Assembly (NCBI GenBank): GCA_047947115.1
Contig: CP170459.1
Location: 3,584,001-3,648,000 of the forward strand
Reading direction: 5' to 3'
Length of the DNA stretch: 64,000 nt
Source of the DNA: Verrucomicrobiota bacterium
GTDB taxonomy: Bacteria; Verrucomicrobiota; Verrucomicrobiia; Limisphaerales; AAA164-E04
Under the pieces are notes generated by a model. It did not search any database. It was given only the letters and a program-made list of their open reading frames with translations, and was not told the origin of the DNA. A program made the position numbers and the translations under genes. How positions within the stretch are numbered: the stretch's first letter is position 1; the number at the start of each line of letters is the position of its first letter. Below are positions 32,366 to 42,458 of this stretch, piece by piece.

Positions 32366-34216
32366 ATGAAATACCTTCTACTTGCCCTAATTCGTTGCAG
32401 TGCCTTGCTGAGCTTGGCCGCTTTTTTGAATCCTCTGGCAAGTGCGGCCGGTGGGGCCGTTCACCCTGATCTGGATGCTTACTTTGAGGCCGAGGTCAAG
32501 GGGATCGAGAAGCGTACGCATCATGTGATGCACCCGGAAAGTGCCGCAAAGTGGGAGGATCAAAAACCAGAGCTGAAGCGTCAGTTGGCCGAAATGCTCG
32601 GTCTTGATCCGATGCCTTCCCGCACACCGCTTGAACCGGTGGTGACTGGACGTATTGAGAGAGAGGATTATGTGGTGGAGAATCTTCATTTTCAATCGAT
32701 GCCAGGATTGTATGTCACAGGAAATCTCTACCTTCCCAAACAGATCGACGAAGCGGTCCCAGCTATCTTATATGTGTGCGGACACGCCCCTGTTAAGGAA
32801 AATGGGGTGAGTTATGGTAATAAGACCGCATATCAACACCACGGTATCTGGTTTGCCCGACATGGTTTTGTTTGTTTGACCATCGACACCATCCAATTGG
32901 GAGAGATCGAGGGAATTCATCACGGTACATATCGTGAGAACCGATGGTGGTGGAATTCCCGAGGTTACACCTCAGCCGGTGTGGAGACTTGGAACGGGAT
33001 TCGTGCGCTGGATTATCTTCAATCCAGACCCGAAGTGGACGGAGAACGACTGGGGATGACCGGACGTTCGGGTGGTGGTGTGTATTCTTGGTGGGTCGGA
33101 GCGCTTGATGACCGTGTCAAGGCGATTGTTCCGGTAGCGGGGATAACCGACTTGAGAAATTATGTGATCGATGGCGCTGTGGAAGGGCATTGTGATTGCA
33201 TGTTTATGGTGAATCGTTATCGATGGGACTATCCATTGATTGCCTCGCTCATTGCTCCTCGGGCTCTGTTGATTGCCAATTCTGACAAAGATTCCATTTT
33301 TCCGCTGGATGGGGTGGTTCGGACACACCGTCAGGTGCGGGATGTCTACGGATTGTTGGGGGCGGAAGATCGATTGGGGTTATTAATCACAGAAGGTCCT
33401 CACCGGGATACCCAGGATTTGCAGGTGCCTTCGTTTCGCTGGTTTCAGCGTTGGCTCAAGGAGAGCGATGAACTGATCGGGAGGGCAGCCATCAAGGAAA
33501 TTGCCCCGATTGAATTAAAAGTGTTCGAAAAAATTCCGCCTGATGAAATCATCACGACGGTTGACGAGGTCTTTGTTCCTATGGCGAAAGCCCGGGAGCT
33601 GCCCAAATCGATTTCAGAATGGGATCGTTTCATTGAACAATTGCGGGCCGCGCTCAGATTTGAGGTTTTTATGGGGTGGCCGCAGGAGGAGCCAACCGGC
33701 GAGTTTGTGCCCGGCTTTACTTTTTGGAAAACGTCCGGTAACCCGTCGGGACGACTGCTGTTTCAGGTGGATGACGCTGGCAAAGGGTTTTATCAGGCAA
33801 GCGGCCATCAGCGGAACCAGATTCGGCGGCGATACATGCTAATCGGCCAGACCTTGGATTCCATGCGTGTTTTTGAAATGAAGCGTTTTATGGAGCAACT
33901 GTCCGGCAACGATGACATCACGCTGGCAGCAGATGGAGACATGGCGGTGAACCTGCTTTATGCCGCGCTCATGATGGATGTGCCCCGATCGTTAAATCAC
34001 GGCTTTCGTCTCCAATTGTCAGGACTTTCAGAGACATTGAAGGAAGCTCCAGATTTTCTGAACATCATGAAAGTGACGCGTCTGGATGAATGTCTTGCCG
34101 CGGTATCCCGTCGTTTTGATGTGGTGGTGGAGGATTGTCCCGGTGCGGTGACGGACTATGCATCACGCCTGAACGTTCGTTTGGGATCGAATGCCTGTCG
34201 GTTGACGATCAAGTGA
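32366..34216 (+). CDS. Alpha/beta hydrolase (acetylxylan esterase-like), secreted
   Basis: FQSMPGLYVTGNLYLP, GRSGGG nucleophile, GHCDC, DSIFP, GPH. Confidence 0.85.
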   Translation: MKYLLLALIRCSALLSLAAFLNPLASAAGGAVHPDLDAYFEAEVKGIEKRTHHVMHPESAAKWEDQKPELKRQLAEMLGLDPMPSRTPLEPVVTGRIEREDYVVENLHFQSMPGLYVTGNLYLPKQIDEAVPAILYVCGHAPVKENGVSYGNKTAYQHHGIWFARHGFVCLTIDTIQLGEIEGIHHGTYRENRWWWNSRGYTSAGVETWNGIRALDYLQSRPEVDGERLGMTGRSGGGVYSWWVGALDDRVKAIVPVAGITDLRNYVIDGAVEGHCDCMFMVNRYRWDYPLIASLIAPRALLIANSDKDSIFPLDGVVRTHRQVRDVYGLLGAEDRLGLLITEGPHRDTQDLQVPSFRWFQRWLKESDELIGRAAIKEIAPIELKVFEKIPPDEIITTVDEVFVPMAKARELPKSISEWDRFIEQLRAALRFEVFMGWPQEEPTGEFVPGFTFWKTSGNPSGRLLFQVDDAGKGFYQASGHQRNQIRRRYMLIGQTLDSMRVFEMKRFMEQLSGNDDITLAADGDMAVNLLYAALMMDVPRSLNHGFRLQLSGLSETLKEAPDFLNIMKVTRLDECLAAVSRRFDVVVEDCPGAVTDYASRLNVRLGSNACRLTIK

Positions 34217-34304
34217 GGATCATGATGGTTTTCCCTGAGGAAGCGGTGGCCTTGTCTTATGATTGGCATGACATGAGGGCTTGAATCACCCTGCATTTTT
34301 CTTC

Positions 34305-37133
34305 ATGCTTCCAGGCATGATTCCAACCCATCAATCTCAGTGTCTGCGCTGGTGCTTTTTGCCTGCGTGTTTGCCGGGATGGATCTTTCCGGTTGTTCTT
34401 TTGTGCTGGAGCAGGCCATCGGCATTTGCCGCTTCTCACTCGTTCGAGTATGAAATGGGTGGTTTGGTGCGGCGTTACTGCGTTGAATGTCATTCCAGCG
34501 AAAAGCAGAAGGGAGACATTGATTTGGAAGTGATGCTGACTCCCGGGCAATTTGCCCGATTCTTCAGGGAATGGGAAATCGTGGTGGAGCAGTTGAATGC
34601 GGGAGACATGCCGCCGTCAAAAGCCGATCAGCCCTCGGCAAACGAGCGAACCGGAATGATAGAAGCTGTTCGCCGGGAAATCAAGCGCCTGTCCACGCAA
34701 CAATCGGGTGATCCGGGTGAGGTTCTGCTTCGCCGGTTGACGCAGGCGGAGTATTTGAATTCCGTGCAGGACTTGACCGGGATTCGGTTTGATCTGCGGC
34801 GCCTGCTTCCCGATGACGCGGTGGGTGGAGAGGGTTTTGCCAATACCGGCGAGGTTCAGTTTACCCAAAACTCCACCATTGAACGTTACCTTGAGGTGGC
34901 TCATAAGGTGGCTTCTCACGCCTTGATCGGTGCTGGAGATCTTTTCTTTTTTCGTGATCCGGGAGACACCGGACAAGAGTTGTCGGCGATTGAGCGAATT
35001 CAGGCGATTTATCGTCAACATGGTTTCAGGGCGGGGGCAGGTGAAGGTGCTGAGCCGTTCGGTTTGGATATCTTCTCGAATGCTATTCTGGCACTTTGGG
35101 TGGAACAATACCGTCGAGAATTGGGGTTGACGGATTGGTCGCTTGACGATTCCGCCGCTTTCGCGGGTGTGCCGGTTACATTCGTCAGGCATCTTTCCCT
35201 AGCCATGGTTCAGCCTGATGCTCAAGAAGCTTTGAGTGATATTCAAGACGCGTGGAAGGCGTTGCCTGCGCCGTCCGGAATGGATCTTGAAGAGGAAAGA
35301 GATCGGCTCATGCCATTCGTGGACGCCTTGTTTGGCAGGGTCAAGGCCTGGCAGAAGCAATTTGCCAAAAAGGCAGGGCATGTTGAGGAATCGGCTTTGC
35401 TGGATTCCAATGCCTCAGCCAATGGGGAGGATGCCGCCGCCAACGAGTTTGCACACTATTTTCCGAGTGTTTCCCAGCGTGAACCAGCCCCTTCGGACAG
35501 GGATCCCATTCCAGCGCCCTATGACAACAGCTACAACAATGCAGAACGAAATGCGTTTCATTACCAGATAAAATATCATCGTGACGACCGTTTCCTGGTT
35601 GAACACATTCTTGATCCATCGACAGCCCGGGATCTGGATATTGCCTGGACCGATTTGTATGACTCCTTCGGCTATCATCAGGAGCATTTGAATCTTCTGA
35701 TCCGGCATTTTGTTTCGGAATCTGCGGAGGTTCCGGACATCGCCGTATTGAACCCTGATCGCATCGCCCGGATGCCTGAATCGTTGCGGCAATGGGTGTC
35801 GCCTCTCAAACAGCATTACGACGCAGTAAAGGAAGCGATGTCAAAACGTCATGGCTTCCATTTGGAGCAGTGCCTTCAGTTTGCTTCCAGAGCTTGGCGC
35901 CGCGGGTTGGATCATGACGAAAAGGAATCACTGCGTTCATTTTATTCGAGAATGCGAAACGAGCTGGAATTATCGCACGAAGACGCCATACGGTCATTGA
36001 TTGGACGGGTGTTGATCTCTCCCTCCTTTCTTTATCGAATTGAATCGCCCAGCCGGGAATTGGCCCCCGTGTCATCGTCTGAAATGGCCACACGATTGAG
36101 TTATTTTTTATGGGCTTCCCCTCCCGACGCCCCTTTGCTGGAAGACGCAGCTGCGGGACGCTTGCAGGATGACGGGACGCTTAGTCGCCATCTCAGACGC
36201 ATGCTGAAGGACGCGAGGGTGGCTCGATTTGCCGAGGAATTCTTCGGGCAATGGTTTGGTTATTACCGGTTCCCCGAATTCAATGGCGTGGATGAAAAAC
36301 ATTTCACCTACTGGAATGCCTCGCTGCGCCGATCTCTTTACAGGGAAGCCAATTTGTTTTTCACCCATCTTTTGCTGAATGATGCAGTGATAGACCAGGT
36401 GGTGTTGTCCGATGATGGATTTTTGAACCGGGAATTGGCCGAGCATTACCGGATTCCATGGAGTGAAACGGCCGAAGATGACTCATTTATTCGAGTTAAT
36501 CATCTGGTGGAACATCAGCGTGGAGGATTGCTGGGGCTCGGTGTGGTGCATGCCATCACCTCTGCTCCGCTTCGAACCAGCATCGTCAAACGTGGGGATT
36601 GGATTCTGCGACGCGTTCTGGGGACACCCGTACCGCCACCGCCGGCCAATGCAGGCTCGATCGCGACCGAGACGGAATCAGCCAGGATGAAATCCATGCG
36701 AGAACTGCTGCAGTCCCATCAAAAGGAGGCTGCATGTGTCAGTTGTCATGCCCGGATGGATCCTTTGGGTTTTGCCATGGAGATTTATGACGTGACCGGA
36801 AAAGTGCGCAAAGTATATGAGAATGGTCTGCCCGTGGAGGATTTTGGCGAACTGCGCGACGGATCCATGGTGAAAGGGTTTGGAGGTATTCGTCATTACC
36901 TGAAACAGCATATCGATTTGTTTCATCGCACCTTCTGCACCAAACTCATTGGCTATGCCCTTGGTCGCAAGGAACAACTTTCAGACCGTAAACTCATTGA
37001 TGCGATGATGGAATCACTTGAGCGGGGAGAACCGATATCAAGGCAATTGGAATGGATCGTGTTGAGCCCGCAATTCAGGCAGAAACGTGGCATCGAACCC
37101 GAAATGAAACATCAGCAAGCCGCAAATCCTTAA
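34305..37133 (+). CDS. DUF1592/DUF1588-family planctomycete cytochrome c (PSD) protein
   Basis: YCVECH, RRLTQAEY, AWRR, SPSFLYR, ATRLSYFLW, CVSCHARMDPLGF. Confidence 0.92.
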   Translation: MLPGMIPTHQSQCLRWCFLPACLPGWIFPVVLLCWSRPSAFAASHSFEYEMGGLVRRYCVECHSSEKQKGDIDLEVMLTPGQFARFFREWEIVVEQLNAGDMPPSKADQPSANERTGMIEAVRREIKRLSTQQSGDPGEVLLRRLTQAEYLNSVQDLTGIRFDLRRLLPDDAVGGEGFANTGEVQFTQNSTIERYLEVAHKVASHALIGAGDLFFFRDPGDTGQELSAIERIQAIYRQHGFRAGAGEGAEPFGLDIFSNAILALWVEQYRRELGLTDWSLDDSAAFAGVPVTFVRHLSLAMVQPDAQEALSDIQDAWKALPAPSGMDLEEERDRLMPFVDALFGRVKAWQKQFAKKAGHVEESALLDSNASANGEDAAANEFAHYFPSVSQREPAPSDRDPIPAPYDNSYNNAERNAFHYQIKYHRDDRFLVEHILDPSTARDLDIAWTDLYDSFGYHQEHLNLLIRHFVSESAEVPDIAVLNPDRIARMPESLRQWVSPLKQHYDAVKEAMSKRHGFHLEQCLQFASRAWRRGLDHDEKESLRSFYSRMRNELELSHEDAIRSLIGRVLISPSFLYRIESPSRELAPVSSSEMATRLSYFLWASPPDAPLLEDAAAGRLQDDGTLSRHLRRMLKDARVARFAEEFFGQWFGYYRFPEFNGVDEKHFTYWNASLRRSLYREANLFFTHLLLNDAVIDQVVLSDDGFLNRELAEHYRIPWSETAEDDSFIRVNHLVEHQRGGLLGLGVVHAITSAPLRTSIVKRGDWILRRVLGTPVPPPPANAGSIATETESARMKSMRELLQSHQKEAACVSCHARMDPLGFAMEIYDVTGKVRKVYENGLPVEDFGELRDGSMVKGFGGIRHYLKQHIDLFHRTFCTKLIGYALGRKEQLSDRKLIDAMMESLERGEPISRQLEWIVLSPQFRQKRGIEPEMKHQQAANP

Positions 37134-37154
37134 CAATAAACCATTGTAAAAAAG

Positions 37155-38504
37155 ATGAATCACATGAGCACATCGCGGAGAAGATTCTTGAGAGGCTTGG
37201 GGTGCAGCCTGGCTCTGCCCTGGATGGAGTCGCTGCGTCTTTATTCGGAGGAAACCGGCAAAAGACTTACCCGTGGCGTTTCAATGAAGCCGCCGAACAG
37301 GTTTGCCTGCATTTATTTCAGCAACGGTGTCGAGCCTGCGCATTGGTGGGCCAAACAGAGTGATTCATTGATGGAGATCGGGCCGGGATTGGCGCCACTT
37401 CAGGATTATCGGGATGACATTGTGTTTCTGAAGGGACTGTACAATCAGCAGGCTGTCGATCATCCGAGCCCGCATTTGGGGCGTATTCCCAATCTCTTGT
37501 CCGGTGCCTGGGTGAGCAACGAGCAGAGCGTCATTCGGGTGGGGGAAACCATGGATCAGGTGATGGCCAAGGCGCTGGGTAATCGCACGGCATTGCCAAG
37601 CCTGGCGTTGGGGATCGAACCCACCGAACTGCGTTTGGAAGACGGGTTGTCCATGCTCTACGGTTCCTGCATTTCCTGGGCAAGTGACACCAAACCAGCC
37701 ATGAAAGAAATCTACCCGGCCCGGGTCTTCGACATGCTGGTTGGGGACGGTTCCGGCAGGCGTCTGGATCGGAGCATCTTGGACGCTACCATGGAAGATG
37801 CCAAAGCGATCCGAACGCGGTTGAACGCGGAGGATCGCTCCAAACTGGATGAATATCTCGAATCCATTCGAAGTATTGAACGCCGCATCGAAATGGCAGG
37901 AAAAGAGGAGACAGTGGAAGGATGGCGCCCGACCTTGGATCAGCCGGATATGCCTCGTCCGAAGGATGGGTTACCAAGAGAAATACCGCGTCACATGCAG
38001 CTCATGCTGGACCTGGTGGTGATGGCTTTCCAGATGGATAAGACGCGCATTGCCACCTGTATGCTGAACAATGATTTGTCCCAGATGAATTTTGGTTTTC
38101 TGAAAGACGTGAAAGGCAGTCTTCATTTGGATCTGACGCATAATGGAAAGGATCCGGCGCTGGAAGCCATGTATCTCAAGACGAATCAATTCCATGTGGA
38201 ACAGTTTGTTTATATGCTGGACCGTATGAAGTCGATACAGGAAGGAGGCGGCACATTGTTGGATCATTCAATGTTGTTGTTTTGTTCCAATTTGTTTGAT
38301 GGAGACCGACATCAGGCAGACGAGATGCCCATGATTCTGGCGGGTAAGGGTGGGGGAACTCTTCAAACAGGTCGGGTGCTGGATTATATGCAGCAGCCTG
38401 AAGAAGAACGCCGTGCCTGTAATCTTTATCTGTCATTGATGGAAAGAATGGGGTTACAGACCAATCGTTTTGGAGATGCCGATCGCTCGTTGAAATGGTT
38501 ATAG
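37155..38504 (+). CDS. DUF1552 family protein (Tat signal)
   Basis: [36 protein letters not shown]; canonical partner of DUF1592. Confidence 0.92.
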   Translation: MNHMSTSRRRFLRGLGCSLALPWMESLRLYSEETGKRLTRGVSMKPPNRFACIYFSNGVEPAHWWAKQSDSLMEIGPGLAPLQDYRDDIVFLKGLYNQQAVDHPSPHLGRIPNLLSGAWVSNEQSVIRVGETMDQVMAKALGNRTALPSLALGIEPTELRLEDGLSMLYGSCISWASDTKPAMKEIYPARVFDMLVGDGSGRRLDRSILDATMEDAKAIRTRLNAEDRSKLDEYLESIRSIERRIEMAGKEETVEGWRPTLDQPDMPRPKDGLPREIPRHMQLMLDLVVMAFQMDKTRIATCMLNNDLSQMNFGFLKDVKGSLHLDLTHNGKDPALEAMYLKTNQFHVEQFVYMLDRMKSIQEGGGTLLDHSMLLFCSNLFDGDRHQADEMPMILAGKGGGTLQTGRVLDYMQQPEEERRACNLYLSLMERMGLQTNRFGDADRSLKWL

Positions 38505-38814
38505 GAGTGTCTTTTGCAGGATTTTTGGTTGCCTCGTTGAGGGTTTGATCGTCCCGCCCCGATTCTGATCGAATCCGAAGTCTCAACAGCCCAGGACGGG
38601 ACCACCTCCAAGGCATGCAATGCCCGATGTCCATCCTGTAAATTCTATTCATTCCCTGAAAAGGACACCTTCCGAGGTTGGACGCCAGGTTCCAGGAAAT
38701 GCAGTTAGGAGTGAGTGTGTGTACCACATCCTGGCGCATCCGGTTATTTTCCATAGAAAGGAGTTCTGGTTTTTATTTGCGGATTTTGTTGTTTCGTGGA
38801 ATAAAAATGGTCAG

Positions 38815-40101
38815 ATGCTACCTGAACTAACCATGCGAGTGGTGCGTACGACGGATCCCAAGGCCTTGATGAAGTTTGCATGGCTGTTTGGGATCAAGGG
38901 CATGTTGTCGGTTGAAAGATTCAAACGCAGGGCGAAAAAGGGTATTTATTTCCCTCCTTTCCTATATTTGAGTATCATCAACAGCTGTAATCTGCGCTGT
39001 CAGGGATGTTGGGTTGATGTCGAGTCACCTCGGGAAAGCATTGATATCAAGCGCCTCAATCGCTTGATTAACGACGCCAAGACGCATGGGAACAGTTTCT
39101 TCGGGCTGCTTGGAGGAGAACCCTTCATGCATCCGCAATTGTTGGATGTTTTGGCTCATCAGCAGGATGCCTATTTTCAGATTTTTACCAATGGCCAGTT
39201 GATTACCGACAAAGTTGCGGCCCGATTGCGTGAGTTGGGGAATGCGACGCCTCTCATCAGTATCGAGGGACGCGAAGTGGTCAGTGATCAGCGGCGTGGC
39301 AAGAAAGATGTTTTTAACCGTACCCTAAAGGGATTGGACACTGCCATTCGCCATAAATTGTTAACAGGTGTCGCGACCAGCGTATGCAAATCGAATATAC
39401 GCGATTTGCTGACCGAATCCTGGTTGGATGAGTTGATTGATCGGGGTGTGCATTACGTTTGGTTTCATTCCTATCGCCCGGTAGGGCCCATGATGCATGA
39501 AGATTTGGGACTCACCAGGGAGGAACTGGTTGAGACGCGGCAATTTATTACCGAAATGCGCACCAAGAAGCCAATTGCCATAGTGGACGCTTATTACGAT
39601 CATAATGGCAATGCCCTGTGCCCCATGGCAACCGGGATCAGTCACCATGTGAATCCCAAAGGCGGGATCGAACCCTGTCCAATCATCCAGTTTGCCAGCG
39701 AGTCGATAGATGATGAACGCGGTATTTACAACACTTTGACTCAGTCCAAATTCCTGAAGGACTTCAGGGAAGCCACTGCGCGAGAGACACGTGGGTGCGT
39801 CATGCTGGAACGCCCGGATTTGGTGGAGGAGTTGATTGAGCGCCATGACGCGAAGGACGTGACGATCCGTCAAACAGCCTTGAAGGAGCTACAGGCGATG
39901 AAACCACGGCACAGTCAATGGTTGCCTGGAGATGAAATACCGGAGAAACATTGGATGTATCGCTGGGCGAAACGATTTTTCTACACCGATTTCGGTGTGT
40001 ATCAAAACATCCGAAATATGAAACCGTTGCATGAGCAGAACGGTCATAGCAATGAAAGCCAACAGGATTCCTCGACGCGAGCCGTTGTGGAAAAGGACTA
40101 G
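38815..40101 (+). CDS. Radical SAM protein with SPASM/twitch-like C-terminus
   Basis: CNLRCQGC, GGEPF, FTNG, ISIEG, CP...G.IEPCP. Confidence 0.92.
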   Translation: MLPELTMRVVRTTDPKALMKFAWLFGIKGMLSVERFKRRAKKGIYFPPFLYLSIINSCNLRCQGCWVDVESPRESIDIKRLNRLINDAKTHGNSFFGLLGGEPFMHPQLLDVLAHQQDAYFQIFTNGQLITDKVAARLRELGNATPLISIEGREVVSDQRRGKKDVFNRTLKGLDTAIRHKLLTGVATSVCKSNIRDLLTESWLDELIDRGVHYVWFHSYRPVGPMMHEDLGLTREELVETRQFITEMRTKKPIAIVDAYYDHNGNALCPMATGISHHVNPKGGIEPCPIIQFASESIDDERGIYNTLTQSKFLKDFREATARETRGCVMLERPDLVEELIERHDAKDVTIRQTALKELQAMKPRHSQWLPGDEIPEKHWMYRWAKRFFYTDFGVYQNIRNMKPLHEQNGHSNESQQDSSTRAVVEKD

Positions 40102-40117
40102 ATGACAGGACGATTGA

Positions 40118-41851
40118 ATGGATTCAGGAAATAATATACTCGGGACGGCGCCTTTGAAATTGCCTAAATTGACGCCTCCTCAACGGTTTAGAGCTCCCAA
40201 GAAAAATCTTCCGCAAACACCGGAGGAGCGTGCCGGGATTCTTCAGGCCGTGCGGAATTACGTGGCTGAACACAATCCTGTTCCCCCTATGCCCATGGAT
40301 GACATCAAGGTGCATGCAGACAAGCTGGTGGAAATGTTGGGGTGCGATCCGGTTTATCGTGATTATATCGGGGTGCTGATCAACAACGAAATGTGGCGCG
40401 ATTCGCTCGCTGCTATCCCTTATGAGCGTCGGTTGTTGTTGTTACCCAAATGTCTGCGTATTGAGAGCAAATGTCCTGCCCCATTCGATGAGTTCGGTTT
40501 GTTGTGCAAACAATGTGGGCTTTGTTCCATTCAGGACCTGCAAAACGAGGCGGAAAGACTTGGATATGCCGTGCTGGTGGCGGAAGGATCGGCCATCGTG
40601 ATGTCCCTGATCCAGACCGGTAAAATCGAAGCGATTGTAGGTGTGAGTTGCCTGAGTGTTTTGGAACGCGCTTTTCCTTACATGGAAGCGGCGGCGGTTC
40701 CGGGCGTGGCCATTCCGTTGCTTCAGGATGATTGCATCGATACCACGGTAGATCTTGATTGGATCTGGGATTACATCCATCTGACCAGTGAGGACCGTAG
40801 TTTGCGCCTGGATTTGGGGGGATTGCGAGAGGAAGTTGATTTTTGTTTTACCCCGGCTTCGCTTGAATTGATTATGGGGTCAGGAAGTGGTGAAACCGAG
40901 AAATTAGCCAGGGAATGGCTCATGCGTGCCGGCAAACGGTGGCGTCCGTTTTTGACGGCATCGGTCGTCAAAGCCCTTTCCGATAACAAGGAAGAGGGTC
41001 TTTCTTCCGATCTGCAGAAAATTTGTGTGGCAGTGGAATGTTTCCACAAGGCTTCGTTGATTCATGATGATATTGAGGACAACGACGATGAACGATACGG
41101 GGAACAAACTCTGCATGCTTCACACGGCATTCCGCTTGCCCTCAATGTAGGGGATTTATTGATTGGTGAAGGTTACAGATTGATTGCCGAAACGAACTTA
41201 AGTCCTGAGCAGAAATCCGCGATGCTGCGTATTGCTTCCGAGGGCCATCGCCAGCTCTGCCGCGGGCAGGGAGCCGAATTAAGCTGGATGCGTCAACCGC
41301 GTCCTCTCAAGTCCGTGGAGGTGTTGGACATTTTCCGCAGCAAAACGGCACCTGCATTCGAGGTGGCTCTTCAAATGGGAGCTGTCTTTGCGGGTGTTGA
41401 GATCCATGCTGGAGTCAGTGAAACCATACACGCGTACAGTGAAGCGCTGGGCATCGCTTATCAGATCCGTGATGATTTATCGGATCACGGTGAAGAAGGG
41501 GAAACAAACGATCTGGAGCAGCTTCGGCCCAATCTGCCTCTGGCACTCGCGCATGAGAAAGCGAAGGGTGAGGCCAAGGAACAACTCGAAACTGCTTGGA
41601 AACGCGAGTTGAACGGCAAGGTTTCTCACAAGGATATCGAAGAACTTTGCAAGCAGTTGAATGTCTTGGATCGTTCGGAACGGTTGCTGGAAGCCTACAA
41701 GGAACAGGCGATTCGTTCGATTGCCGAGCTTGATAATCCAAGTCTCAAAGGTCTGCTTCGTCGCTTGATTGGTAAAATCTTCAATGACACCGAAATCAAG
41801 GGATGGTGCAGTGAAGTGCTAGAAGATCAATTGCATGCCGAAACCCGGTAG
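40118..41851 (+). CDS. DUF116-polyprenyl diphosphate synthase fusion
   Basis: N-terminal RRLLLLPKCLR..KCPA...CKQCGLC and GVSC; C-terminal GKRWRP, HDDIED (FARM), GQ, KTA, QIRDDLSD (SARM). Confidence 0.9.
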   Translation: MDSGNNILGTAPLKLPKLTPPQRFRAPKKNLPQTPEERAGILQAVRNYVAEHNPVPPMPMDDIKVHADKLVEMLGCDPVYRDYIGVLINNEMWRDSLAAIPYERRLLLLPKCLRIESKCPAPFDEFGLLCKQCGLCSIQDLQNEAERLGYAVLVAEGSAIVMSLIQTGKIEAIVGVSCLSVLERAFPYMEAAAVPGVAIPLLQDDCIDTTVDLDWIWDYIHLTSEDRSLRLDLGGLREEVDFCFTPASLELIMGSGSGETEKLAREWLMRAGKRWRPFLTASVVKALSDNKEEGLSSDLQKICVAVECFHKASLIHDDIEDNDDERYGEQTLHASHGIPLALNVGDLLIGEGYRLIAETNLSPEQKSAMLRIASEGHRQLCRGQGAELSWMRQPRPLKSVEVLDIFRSKTAPAFEVALQMGAVFAGVEIHAGVSETIHAYSEALGIAYQIRDDLSDHGEEGETNDLEQLRPNLPLALAHEKAKGEAKEQLETAWKRELNGKVSHKDIEELCKQLNVLDRSERLLEAYKEQAIRSIAELDNPSLKGLLRRLIGKIFNDTEIKGWCSEVLEDQLHAETR

Positions 41852-41953
41852 GATGACCTGTGGCATGACGTGTCACTTTGACTCGTTTGTCATCAAATGG
41901 TTACCTGGGGCTTGAAATTATTTGCCTCATGCTAGGTCTTTGATCTGGTCCTG

Positions 41954-42166
41954 TCAGGGCGGGAGAAGACGATCCTTGCTGATGGATAGCCTATCTGCCG
42001 GGATCCGTCTTTTACGCCGGAAGCTGTATTCGAAAAGGAAAAGAAATACTTCCCTCGCATCAAACTCGCTCAACCCGAACTGCCCGATGGTGTGCGATGG
42101 GAGAAAGACTTGGTTTATCATGTGTTCACCAATCCCCAGGATGACGTACGAACTCTTCCGGTTCAT
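41954..42166 (-). CDS. Possible small hypothetical protein
   Basis: 70-aa ATG ORF within a 600-bp gap; no recognisable motif. Confidence 0.25.
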   Translation of the reverse strand: MNRKSSYVILGIGEHMINQVFLPSHTIGQFGLSEFDAREVFLFLFEYSFRRKRRIPADRLSISKDRLLPP

Positions 42167-42269
42167 GAAAAATAAATCTTACATTTGGTCGATGATGGTT
42201 GGGAGTTCGTTTGGTTCGTTGAGGGGATGGAACGCTCCGGGTGTTGACCTCTGAGAATCTTCTGTTTTC

Positions 42270-42287
42270 ATGACGTTTTGATGACAC
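42270..42287 (-). promoter_or_regulatory. Pho-box-like direct repeat (OmpR/PhoB type)
   Basis: Minus strand reads GTGTCAT-CAAA-ACGTCAT versus consensus CTGTCAT-N4-CTGTCAY. Confidence 0.3.
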
Positions 42288-42458
42288 TTAACGTTCTTAT
42301 AGCCTCAGTCGTCAGTTGATATGTCATTTCTTCCCTTACCTTCTGCATATCTTTCACTTATCGCTCAATTTGCTTCCAAAGTTACCGATACAATCCCGTG
42401 TTGTGAATGCCGTGTTTGGATCGACACCGCCGACCTGCGAGAGGGAAAACGTTTAAAA

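Noticed and set aside
38505..38610. Minus-strand words resembling a SAM-I riboswitch (ATCAGA...GGGA...GCAACC)
   Set aside because: The GGTGC pairing partner is missing and it points into the 3' end of a convergent gene.
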